This document shows, piece after piece, positions 22,597-34,769 of a DNA stretch of 64,000 nucleotides. Position numbers and translations under genes: made by a program. Location: the NCBI GenBank assembly GCA_030704615.1, contig CM060731.1:88474001-88538000 (forward strand), read 5' to 3'. This DNA comes from Takakia lepidozioides (taxonomy: Eukaryota > Plantae > Bryophyta). Position 1 is the first letter of the stretch, and the number at the start of each line of letters is the position of its first letter. The notes under the pieces are model-generated. The model did no database searches. It was not told where the DNA came from and was given only the letters and a program-made list of their open reading frames with translations.

Positions 22597-25500
22597 GCCA
22601 ATGTCCAACCCTTCACACTACCTTTTTCCAAAAGAAGCCATTGCCCAAACAGCTCTCAACCTTTCTACAGGTTTCAACCAAATACCCCAACAGCCCTCTT
22701 TTCCCTTCAACTGTGAACCTTAGTTGTTCATACCCTGAGACCATACTGGAAATCAGTTCCAAAAACCAAATCAGTGTCGGCGTTGCTTCCCCATCCACAT
22801 TATCCTTTCTCTGTTTTCAACAATTCTAGCTAACCCTCATTGGTGTTTTCAATCAGCCAAGCTAGGTCTACATTGGTTCCAGTGTACCAATACCCAGGGC
22901 AGCATTGTGTCTGAAACAAAGAACAAGAATGAAGACAAACAGTGACCATTCTGATTCAGTGACAAGCAGTCTCTCCCCCCACTCATTTCTCCTACTGACA
23001 CTATAACATCAGGTGCATCCATCCTTTCCCTATCCTGGTTTGAAGTCCAGAGTCTCCATTCCATTTCCAAAACCTTTTTCCTCCATCACATATCTCTACC
23101 TCCTTCTCTTCTACAAAGAGCCAGTCCTAAATCCACACCAAAACCATTTCTAAGTCACCCACCCCCAAGAACCGAAGCCCACAGTCTACGAACTTATCTG
23201 TTTTATCCTCCAGCGAAGCGGTGGATCTACCTGCCAAGATGGCACCTCACCATCGCCTGTCAGCAGCCACTTCAACCTATTCTCCTTGTCTTGATTCCAG
23301 TATTTATCATGCCATGATGGCTCCTCTTCATCCTATGGAACATCATGTGGCTTGCCAACTAAATACTCTATCCTTCTATGCGTGCAATTCTTCCCTAAGA
23401 ATTGACATGGTCCTATAGTAAGAATACACAAAAGCAACTATAAGCTTTGATTACAGATAACCTGAGTTGCCATCCAGCCAGCACTTCACATGCCTCATCC
23501 CCTCCATTGATTGTGCCCACAACTCACTTCCTTGTGCTTCCGGCAGCTGGCCGTTTTCCTTGCTTGCTCATCTGCCCATAACTGTTTTCTTCAAGGCAAT
23601 GGCGACAGCGGTGGTGCGCCGCTCTTCTTACATGCTCCTACTCCAGGAATTGATCAACACTACGAGAAAAGCGGCACCGCTTCCCTTTACACAGAATACC
23701 AAGCAGAAGCACTTAATGCCGCTCTCTAAACCAAGCAGAGTCCCATAGCGTAGGTACAACCTCCCAAAAACAGACTGCCCTGCCAACCCCACTGCTCGCA
23801 GCAGCTGCTAAGAGTTGTCCGTCATCTTCCTCTTCGTTTTCCTCAACCCGCGTTTCTAGGTTAAACACCTGGGATGAAAACGTTCATCCTACGGATGAAA
23901 ATACGCATGGTCATGACTTAGCCATTTTTATCCTGGCAAAGCATAAGCACAATATGCCCATAAAATTACCTGTATGCAGGGATATATCCCTCCTACAGTT
24001 GTACCCGGGCACTCCCATTGTAGTGATGCAGGGTCTTAACGGTAAAACAAAAATGTAATGTCACTCCCCTGCATTCACACTACAGAACCACCATCAATAT
24101 GGTATACTTTGATGGTAAAGCCAAGAGATGACATCTTAATAATGGGAAAAGGAAGAAACCAGTCTTGCATGCTGCAGACAGTATCCTGAGAGACAAAAGC
24201 CAGACATTTTCATGGAAACAACCATATTGCTGCTACATGTGCCATACATAGGCGACTCCAAACTTGCTTCATGAAATTTGCATTAGGCTGAAATCTAAGT
24301 CGTGTGTGATGATCCTTACAACTGTATCCATGCAACTATGAAATCAGCCCTGCTGACAAACAAACAATGAAGACATACCCACCTTCCAATATGGCAGGTT
24401 CCAAAGGATCGACCTTCGCTTCATGCCATGGGATTTGGCAGGGCACACATTCCGGCGACGTCTGCCAAATGTTTCCATGAACCTCTCGTTTTCCTCCGCA
24501 TTTTGGAGCTGATCCATAGTGGATACTTGGGGGGGGGGGGGGGGTGTCTGTGATCGGAGGCTCCATTGAAGTGGTTGCGATTGCGTCTATATGGATGGCC
24601 TGCTGGTACAAAAAAATTGTGCCCCTGGTACACCATTTTGCTCAGTGCACTGGAGTGCCTGGCATCAAGATTGGGCCCGCACACGGGACAAGCCTTGTAG
24701 CCCCCAACTGCACACCCTGCTAGCATGGCATATGCAGGATAGTCATGTACTGACCACATCAGAATGGCTCTCATGACAAAGGTCCTTGATCCTTCATTGC
24801 GAGATGCATCATTAGCCCTAACACCTTCCCACAACACGGTCAGCTCATCCACCAGAGGTTGCAAGAACACATCCGCATTGGTCTTCTTCACGGATGTCGG
24901 CCCTGGAATTAAGAGTGTCAACATCATAAAAAAAGGCTTTGTGCTCAGCCAAGGAGGAAGGTTGTAGTTCATGAGCAAGACAGGCCACGTAGACCATTTT
25001 GTTGATTTATCACCAAAGGGATTGATACCATCCCATGCCAGACCTAGTCGCAAGTTGCGAGGTTCAGCTGCAAAAGCAGGCCATGTATCGTCAATGTATT
25101 TCCATGCAAGGCTGTCAGGCGGGTGTCTCATCTTTCCATCTTGACTTTGGTTCTCCGTGTGCCACACCATGAGCTTAGATATCTCCTTGCACTTGTACAT
25201 GCGCTGCAGCCGGGGAATCAAGGGGAAATGCCGCAAGACCTTTTGTGGAACCAACGTCTTCATGCCAGGGATGTACCGAGGCGCCCCACATTTAGGGCAA
25301 GATGGTGCATCCTGCAGATCTCCCCTGTATAGCACACATCCCTTCTCACAAGCATGGATGCTATCGTAATTAAGCCCAGCTTTTGTTATAAGTTTCTTCG
25401 CTTCGTAATGAGATTTGGGCAAAAAGTTCCCTTTAGGCAATAGATGTCCGTGCAAAAGTTTCAGAAGCTCATCCATCGCTGCGTTTGTGACACCATGAGT

Positions 25501-26283
25501 AGCACTAACATTGAGCAAGAACAACGTCGCACTCAAGCAGCTGGTGGGGCAGCCAACATACAGAGGTGTGGTTGCTTGATGCTGAAATTGGAAAGCAGCA
25601 CCGTCATCCCCATCCCCATGACTTTGTCCATTATGATGGCGCTCGTCTTCTCCAAGCCCTTCATCCTCATTAATGGTGCTTTGTACATTATCTGCAACTG
25701 CAAACGTTTCCTGCAACATGCGAATGATGTCGACGTCGGGGTCTAGATTCTCTCCACCACAAACAGGAACAGGGCTAATATGTCTCGGAACATCATCCTC
25801 AGGGGGGCTACGTTCTTCCACAAAGTCTTCGTCTTCGGAGTCGACACTCTCCACCTGCATGTTCACCTCCAAAGTATAAGAGTATAGTCTTGTCCAAAAT
25901 GTAACTTGTTGCATAAAACAGGGAATCTCCTATTTGACCGTGCTAGTTTCCATACAATAGTCCACCGTACATGTACACTAGATGGCCGTTCAACATTAGC
26001 ATTCTAAGGGCTTCATCCTAAGTTATGTCTGCGAGAAGTGAGGCGAGAGATGCACGTCACTCACCATGGGATAACCCAACAGTGGATCCCGGTCGTTGGC
26101 AAGCAAATGCAATTTGGCAGTTTCCACGAATTGGAGTCGACCCCCATGGCAGTCGTTGCAGGGACATATTATCTTTGAAAGACCCAGTCTAGTTGCACGT
26201 CGTTCCTCGATTTGCCAAAGTCTTGCGTCAGTGTCGGGCACCGTAGTGTGGCGCCGGGTGTTTCTAGTTCCGACCTCTCTCAT
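19784..26283 (-). pseudogene. CACTA/En-Spm TnpD transposase, spliced, with a stop (21381) and frameshifts
   Basis: Shows the CPCNDC transposase-associated motif, MRHPPDSLAWK, RNLRLGLAWDGINPF, NYNLPPW and WSVHDYPAY (Transposase_21). It also shows SILWNLPYW, LDVMHCEKN, MKSHDYH, FPPSFFDLMTHLVLHL and RWMYPIE (DUF4218-type) and DEYGF...DEPFTFPWQVEQVFF (DUF4216-type). Confidence 0.92.
22333..22417 (+). repeat. (CT)n microsatellite; a second tract lies at 22557-22593
   Basis: Directly visible, inside the ~2.6 kb TnpD intron. Confidence 0.98.
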
Positions 26284-26508
26284 TTATGACGAAACGCTTC
26301 TGGGTTTGAGTAGTTTTTGAAGTGGGAAGTCAGCGAGTGCTCGGATGTGGGGAACCTACGCCTGGCTTGCAGGCGTTGGAGTATTCGTATGGCGGGTCCA
26401 CCTCCCCTCTGTTTCCTACATGCGCTCCTTCTATTGTTTGATCAGTAGATCATGGTAGTCTTGTTTGAGGTCGATTACTGCAATTTGAGCGACGAGGAGG
26501 AACCCGCC

Positions 26509-29500
26509 ATGGCACGGACACATAGCAGCAGGACCCCCCAAGCGCATAGTGCCCGTGCCCCCACCACCTCCGCAAGAAGACCCTACCCGATTGCACTGGC
26601 TTCCCGCACCCAAGCCCTCTACACCCAAGGCCTCTACACCCGACACCCCTCCACGCACTGCCTACGAGGAAGAGCGAGAGAGGCACATAGCAGCCAACAA
26701 TGAGACGTTGTCTCAGCTGAACATTGGGAGCGTTGCGCGCAGGTGAGCAGATCACCCTTGTCCTTAGTATGCATGCTACACAGGTAGTGAGTAGGGGTTT
26801 CCTACCACATTAGCCTATTGTTTTTCCCCCCCATAGGTTTGATGGTGATGGCACTTTCGCCTTTTGTTTAGGGCAAGATTCTCACAGGGTTTTGGAAATG
26901 TGTGCGCAGCATAGCCAGGAGTGTACAACGGCCAACTAGGAGCTCCAAAGTTGTGTGGAACGGGCCTCCTCGACAAAGCGGACGCTTGAAAGAACTAGCA
27001 TTACCTTCGATGGCGGAGGAAGAGCCCAAGACTCCCCAGCTGGTGGACTCTGAGGCAGAGGAACTCGACGAGCGTGATCAGGAGCTCGATGAGGATTACA
27101 AAATAGATGATGACGACGATTCGGAGGAGGAAATGGACGAGGACCTAGAGGAGGACGAGGATGGAGATGATGTGGACAAGGTATCAGATTTGGAGAACTA
27201 CATCAGTGGTGCATGTGGACTGACCGAGCCTCCCAATGCAATGCATGCTCAGAGGGCACCCAAACGGCCAGCTCCTCTTCCACGAGAGGTAAGTGGGCAT
27301 TTGCTTTTTGATTTTTTTAGGTTTTTGGCAGGGTTCAGGGTTCATGTGCTTGATATGAGAATGCCCCGAGCACGGTTGGGATAAGGGTCACATCTTCCAA
27401 GTAAAGAAGTTGCAATGACAAGCAATGGGCTTTTGCAATGTGCTCCCCTCTGTTTTCAAATGGGTGCACATGAGTGGGGGGAATGAAAGGACTTCACCAG
27501 TTGCACGGGACATTGATCTGTCTACTACTTGGAACCCAATTTGTCAGTGACGTATTCTATTTTAAAGTCCAGCAATGCTTGTATGCTTGGGAGCTTTGAT
27601 CCTTTGGCCGTCGCCTTTGCAGTAGTTGCTTTTGGTGTGCTCATGCATGTGGTTTGGCTCCTATTTGGCAGCTTATGTGCATTTGGAGTGGACCCTTGGG
27701 GAATCCCGTCATTCCCCGATATTTTGGGGCTGCTCATGCCTCTGGATTTGCGTCTTCTTATTTGTTTTTCCTTTTGGTCCCAGCAGTTCTTTCCATTTTC
27801 CACTAGCAGTATGAAGCACCACTTTCTTGCCCTCTATACCTCATGATACAAGGGAGATTCTACTGTCTATTCCTTGGAACCCAAATCTGTTATAAAAGTC
27901 TTCTATACCTTTTTCCATTTTGTGCCATGAGAAATGCTTGGGAGCTTATGTCCAGGAGGGTTACCTTTGGGCTGCTCATGCGTGTGTGTTTGGATGCAAG
28001 ACAATAGTTGCTTATGGGCTGTTTATGGCTGTGGTTTTGTCTCTTCTTGCTTGTGGGTTTCCTTTGGTCTCATAAGCTTGAGCTCTTCACAATGATTTTG
28101 AAGGACCGTTTCATTTCATATCATGTTTTGTTTGCTGCTTTACTCTCCTCTTCAGAGTTTCCCCATTGGCTACCATCCACATTAATTTTACTGTTCTCTA
28201 TACTACGAGGTCATTCATACTTGGCAGCTTTTGTGAAGGCAGGATTTCAATCTTATGCACATCTTCCTTCATCGCCGAGCCTATGGGCTGCTCATGGCTA
28301 CTGGCTTTGTCTCTTCTTGCTTGTGTTTTTTTCTTAATGGCGACCAATAATGGTGGAGGCTTTGTCTCCTTTTGCTTGTGGCTTTCTTTTTCGTCTCACA
28401 AGCTCTTTGTGCTTTTCACAGTGGCTGAATTGCCAATTTCGTTATGGTTTTTTCTTTTTTGGTCCATAAGTTCTTTGAGCTTTTCACAGACATTAGAAGG
28501 CCCACTCTGTCTCAGTTAATGTAAAGTTTCCCGCTTTCAGCCCAATCTGTTCTCAAAGATCCCCAGGAAACAGAAATATTGTTTTTTTTTCCTTTTGGTC
28601 TCATTCATTAATTGAGATGGTAATGGCCCTGATTTTAATGTATCTGCTTTGTAGTTTAGGGTTTGGTCTCGTAAGGTCTTTATGCATTTCAAAGTCATTA
28701 TAAGGCACCAGTCCATTTACCTCATTTTGGGCTGCTTATGGTTATGGTTTTGGCTCCTGTTTTTTTTTTTTTTTCCCCTTTGGTCCCAAAAGCCATTGGG
28801 GGCCACTCCTGTACATTGCGAGGTACCAGTTGGGCCTAATTAGCGTTTGTCCTAAACCCTTATAAGTTCTTCCTTCCTTACTTTTTTCATTGCCTGTGAG
28901 TGCACTGTGTTGTTGTCATCCTGTCCTCGACGCATTTGGCCCTCCGCCTAATGAAGTGTACGTATTTGCCCGCAATGCATGCAATGCAACTCTGCAGGTT
29001 GCTGACTCCCTCACAGGAGGTTCAAACTTGTGATGGCCTGTCTTAATACCCAAAAATTGCAAAGGGGGTTGTGGGAGGGAGGGACCTGGACAGGTAGGGG
29101 GCTGCATATTGTGGTGTCATGTCTAGACAAGAAAGAAATTGTAGTGGGAGAGGAGGAACCCCAAGGAGCACGATGCTAACCGCCTCATCAGCCAGCCATG
29201 TCCGAGAGGGGGCGCTCACGACTCTTCCTCCCCCATCTTCCTGCCCCCTCTATTGTCATTTGTTGATAATATGTGAAGCCATTATCAGCCACTATCATAT
29301 TGTACTCTCATTGATATGTACGATGGTCATCGGGGCCAGATTGTGCCTACAAGGTATTCCCCAAAGAACCCCCAAAGAGGGTCAAAACATACAAGGAGGA
29401 CTTCCCCAGTGACGTTTGGCGTGTTCAATGGATCAGACGTAAATGCATTTTGGGTGCGATTTCTGCTGCATTCAGTGTATGTATATAATAGAGCGCGTTT

Positions 29501-32338
29501 TTGTTGATGTATCCTACATGATGTTCATGCTTTATCTTCCTACATAACTCTTTCCCACATGTTGATTTGCAGGATGCAGTGAGAAAGAAGAAGGGAGTTG
29601 CTCCGGCAGGTGTCTTCAACCATCCCTCCCCACGTCTTCAACCAACCCCGGATGGAAGAGGCCCTCCCTCCTTTCCACCTAACACTGGTGTGTTTTATCC
29701 CCCTGTCATTCAGAGGTATGCACAGTATCAACAACAGACTGCTCATGTTCCAGCCGCCCCTAAAATTCACCCGCCCTTTTCTCAGTCCTACAATGCAAAC
29801 AGCCCGTCAGGGGAGAACCGGTCATGTGCAGGTCCAAGTAGTCCTGCAGTTCCGTGTGGGGCATTTCCGCAAACTGGGGAAGCACAACATGCTCCTGTTC
29901 AGCATGGGCACTACCACGAAGGTGTGTGGTACCCTCACCCCAACCCTCCCCCACCTGCGTATCCTCCCCAGGCAACGTATCCCAGAAGCCCCATGTATAG
30001 TGCGCCGCTGCATGGCCCTTATTCCAGGCAGCCCACAGCTTCACCCAATTGCACCGCTTCGTGGCCTCTTCAATTCCCAAGCTCACCAGCTCCGAGCACA
30101 GGTTATGTTCCTGTCCACCCCACACCCCACGTTGGTGCGTGGTAGGGTTCATGTCCGCCCGCAGGGCCCCATGTTGCAGGTTGTGAGGGAGGAGAGGAGG
30201 CCCGTGATTCCAATATGACTCCAGATGCGCAACATTTGACTGGCAAGGACAGAGCCAATTTTTTGCGCAAGGCGAGGAGAGTAGCACGGAAAGGGTTGAA
30301 GGAAACGGCTTGTGCAAATGTGGCTGCTAGGCAAAAGAGATTCATAGTTGCCTGTGGCAAAAAGGGCCCATGCGGGGATGCACGGAATGACTGGCTGGCA
30401 GCCCTGCGAGGGCAATGCCAACGTGTGCTGGACTGTTCTGTGCCCATCCATCTTCAACCTCAAAGTCTGATTGACGAGGTGGGTGAACTATTAGCAGATG
30501 ATTGGGAATATTTACCTCCTGGGATAACTGGCGCCCAAGATTGGAGGCGTCATTAAATACCAGCGCATCAAACTGTTTAGAAAAGTGTACTCCCGTGGCA
30601 AACCTAAGCCCCACTATGTTGCGGACAAGACTTGGGCAGAATTAGTGAGGCATTGGAACACGCCCGAATGGCAAAAGAGTCGTGATAATGGCAAGCATGC
30701 ACGGGGGCATGTTGGTGCCCCTTCGAGATCTGGACGCAGTGGCCTTAGCGGCGTTGAGGAACGTCTGGTAAATCTGCCTGTCTCATGACATTGCCAATAT
30801 ATTCAGGTAGCGAGGTGTCTTGTCATTTGTATCTTACTCTTAGAGGATGGCACTAATATTCCCATATCCTGTCCTTGTGTAGGCTAAGACAAGTGGTCGT
30901 CCTCCACTTCTATCCAAAATTTCGGGGAGCAAGAATAGCAACAAGGGGTATGGTTCTGATTCAGCAGGGGCCACCCGTTCTGTAAGTAACTAACCCACCT
31001 GCATTTGTTGCAATGATGTGCTTGTCAATTATTTATGGTTTTGCCTTCTTGTACATATGCCAATAAATTACCTCGCATGGCTAGTGCGATCGATGTATTG
31101 AATCGTATTTCCACTCTATTTGTGGCAGGGCCTTGGAGCATTGGCTTCTCGGCTTGATGGCTTGGAAGGATGGAAACATACAATGGAGGCCAGCTCAATG
31201 GAGCACAAATTGGAATTGCAGGTAGTGAAATCCATGTTTGCCGCTGCAGTATCTAAGACAGAGAAGTTCAACATGGCATTGGCAGCGAAGCTCGGTTTGG
31301 ACCTGCCGAGGGATGAATCTCCATCAGCATCAAACATTGTGTGTGAGTTGTTTTCCCCTGTTCATGGTGTTGTCCCACCTGCGGCTACTGTGGAAATGAC
31401 AAGTACAGGTGAGCAGCCTCCTAGCAGTGGAGGCAGTGGACAAAGGAAAGGGGGCAGTATTGTGGAAGAAGATGCCACAGGTGAGGACAAAGTTCAGAAC
31501 ATGGCATGTGACAATCCTTGCCTTAATTATGGTACCAATGATGACCTATCCCCCCTTATTGAGAAGGGAGTGCCTGTAGTGGAGGATCACACCGGCAGTA
31601 ATCTTAGACAGAGTGCCCAAGACATAGGGGCAGGGGGTAAGGGCACAAGAGTGGTTATTGTTGGGGTAGGGAAGAACATTGATTCAACAACAAAATTGGC
31701 CGTTGTTCGGAAGGTAAGTACTCGTGTTCCTATATTCTTGTGCTGTTCCAAGTCGATTATGCAATACCTGCAGGCCGTTCATGAATTATGTGTACATGTG
31801 TGGGTTTCTATTGATTCAGAAGCCACCAAAGGAAATTGTTGCGGTGAAGATGACCAAGAAGTCTGCAAGACTTGCTGCCAGCAACATTGATGGGAGCCGT
31901 ATGGGAAGCTTCAAAGCGCCGGCTCTTGTTGTAAGTTTCCCTTCGTGGAAGTACATCCGTATTTTGTTTGCAGGGCTATATGATGACATCTCGCGTTTTC
32001 CCTGTCCATAACTGTTTCATGTGCATAACAAATGACAAGGGCACACATTGGTGGTGTTGGTTGTTCCAGTTTCAGATTGGTGACAAGGTCACAATGTTTG
32101 ACCCCAATGCACCCAACGGAAGGCAGGCGTGGGCCATATATTGGGCATGTCGACTGACTGGCAGGCTTATGTCGTTCATGCCGATTATCATGTTGTCTCG
32201 GTTGAAGCAGTACATGGGGCAGATGTTGCTCTACCATACCCCAACAATGATGTTAGGCCTCCCGTTGTGATGCTCAGTGACACTGTAGGCAGCACGGCCC
32301 TGTGGTCTGCCAAGTTCCTCAAACTGACCCGAACATGA
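26509..32338 (+). pseudogene. CACTA ORF2/TnpA-like multi-exon gene
   Basis: Contains YEEERERHIAANNETLSQL, acidic and Pro-rich exons, and WAELVRHWNTPEWQKSRDNGKHAR...SGRSG (Transposase_24-like). The C-terminal HVVSVEAV...VALPYP...TVGSTALW is typical of En/Spm ORF2 tails. Exon limits are approximate. Confidence 0.65.
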
Positions 32339-32619
32339 GGTTGTGGGGGATCCTCAGTTTGAAGGCAATTTTGACTGAACGCCACTTCATATCGATTTCA
32401 CCTTTTCTTCGTGATTTTGCGCATCAATGTAGGATTTGGGTACATTGTGGGGTTGTGATCAGCAGTGCAGAATCTGCAATACTTGCATGTTTAGACTAAA
32501 CTGTATTTGGGCAATGAAGGGCGTACCCAACTTTGAAGCACCCTTGCATCTAGTCATTTTTTCTGTTGTTCTGGCCATGCTTAGTCAATTGTACATGTCA
32601 TGAGCAGGTTGTTGCCGTG

Positions 32620-33589
32620 GTGCTTTGGAATTGTGTTTATGTATATGAGTCATATTTCACATGGACTGTGAAACTGACAGTGTGGACAGTATCATGATTT
32701 GTGATATGATCATGATGCCTGTGGATTAATTGTGCACACCATGACGTCACAAATATGTGAAATCAACTGCAGCTTGCCTGTGGCATCCTCCACATTTTTG
32801 TGGAATGACCTACAACATCAGCAGTAGAATATTTCACACCCACTATGGTATGCTCCACAGCTATGTGGAATGACCTACAGTATAGGCAGTAAAATACTAC
32901 ACACCCACTCCATGCAGATTACGCCACGTGCCGTCCTCTCCAAAATACACGTGTTGCCCATACCGTTGCGCACATGTTGTTAAGCCTAGGTGACAGGGTG
33001 TCACATCATTTTTCCGTAGGTGTGGACAAGTCCACACCCTTTGTACGTTTAGGATCCACGTGGCGGTGTTTGCCAAAGAACACGTGGCCTCCAAACTTGC
33101 TGAAGCTGTGAAAACAGCCAGTGGATGGTCTCACACCGAATGGCTTTTTTCACACCCACATGCCACGCCAGATGTCCACTCCACATACGTGCACAATGCC
33201 TCTTCATGTCCATACACGTGTCATCCTCACAAAAATACACGTGTTGCACACACCGTTGCCTAGATGTCGTCAAACCCTGGTGACAGGCTGTCGCATGGTT
33301 TTCCCGTAGGTGTGGACAAGTCCACACCTTTGTACATCTAGGATCCACGTTGCGGTGTTCGCCAAAGCACACGTCGCCCGTGGAAAAAGCCATGAACCCC
33401 GTGAAAAAGGCCACCCGTGGATTCAACCACCCGTGGACTTTTCCACAGGGCCACTCGAGAGCGAGGCCATCCACGGGGTGTCCGAAAGCACTAGTCGTTT
33501 CTTACACCCACGGCAGGTGTGGACTGGGGCGGATTCCACGGGCAAAAGTGTGAAAAGAGCCGTGGAAAAAGCCGGTCTCTCTTCTAGTG
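32620..33589. mobile_element. Right end of the large CACTA element: CCGTGG/CCACGG-type subterminal repeats and TIR ...TCTCTTCTAGTG
   Basis: The reverse complement reads CACTAGAAGAGA. There are dense direct and inverted CCACGG/TGTGGA motifs and a duplicated block (32940-33090 vs 33230-33380). The left TIR was not found. Confidence 0.75.
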
Positions 33590-34129
33590 ACACCAGGAAA
33601 GCACTGCAAACAAACACTTGTAGTGGTTTGTATGAGTTCTCCAAATGACCTGCATTCTAAGCTGAAAGTATGGTTCTGATGCATTCTAGTGGTTTTAGTG
33701 GTTCACCCATATGCATGGGGAATTGAGAAGCAATGATACTGGGCGAAACTCAGAACACAGACCACGATGCATGCACAACATCACGCTAATGAACCAAATA
33801 GACATAGTCCAGGGAGACCAAAGACCATCACACATACACATAGAAGGTGGACGGACACGACGACAAGTCAGGAAAATGTGATATCACATTCAGATAAGAG
33901 ACCGTCACGGCACACCTACGGATGAGCAAGACAAAATGCCAACATACATGGTTGCCGGACATTACATAAACTGTCATGGCCCAAATGTTCAAAACTGGTA
34001 ACATGAGTATCATACACACTTCTATGAGTATCATTACACACCCAACAGGGACTACAAACATGAAATCTCACTTGACACTTTCACCTTTCCTCATACTCTT
34101 CTCTGGCCACAGAGTCACCGTGCGTTTCA

Positions 34130-34344
34130 CGTGCGCTAGTGTGGTCTGGGGGGGGGGGGGGGGCATCGTCCAGATTTGGGCAAGGCAACGTAACACTTGG
34201 AAGCATGATCTCGTGGACTTTCACCTTGTACCATCCGGAACGAATGTCCTTGCAGTGGAACTTGTCAACCCCGGCTATTCCCACCACTTCCGCCTTTGCT
34301 GCGGCTATCTTTGACCGCTTGTCATTGGGGTTCAGGAGAAACAC
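34130..34344 (-). pseudogene. Fragment similar to the C-terminal domain of CACTA ORF2-type proteins
   Basis: KFHCKDIRSGWYKVKVHEIMLPSVTLPCPNLDDAPP resembles YHVVSVEAVHGADVALPYPNNDVRPP at 32170-32260. Confidence 0.5.
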
Positions 34345-34769
34345 AGGATCTGATATGTGCAGACACCAACATCAACTACCACTCAGCAACAAACATAGCA
34401 ATGACAGGGTCAAAGTCAAGCGCACATGGGCATGGAAATGATCTTGGTTGCCACGATACTGAATCAGCAGCAAATTTGGGGTGTACCAACGTACCTTGAA
34501 GCGAGGCTCGTCGCTGAGGGTGGCAACCGAGGAAAGCTGCCCACGTGTCGTCAACTGCAGCAGCAAAAACAGGTTTAGTCAGAAGGATAAGAATAACATG
34601 AACTCTGGTTGCTGCAATGGTATAAACAAACCTCCACGGAGCAAGCTAACAAACATCCTGCTCAAATTCTGCACACTACAACTTTTTGGCAAAAATAACC
34701 CTCCTAGAAACCAGGCAAAAGCAAGGAGCCATGAATGCATGCCTGGGGAACCACGTCCTGCTGCAATGA

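Noticed and set aside
22213-22716. 167-aa ORF with (SL)n
   Set aside because: A reading of the (CT)n microsatellite.
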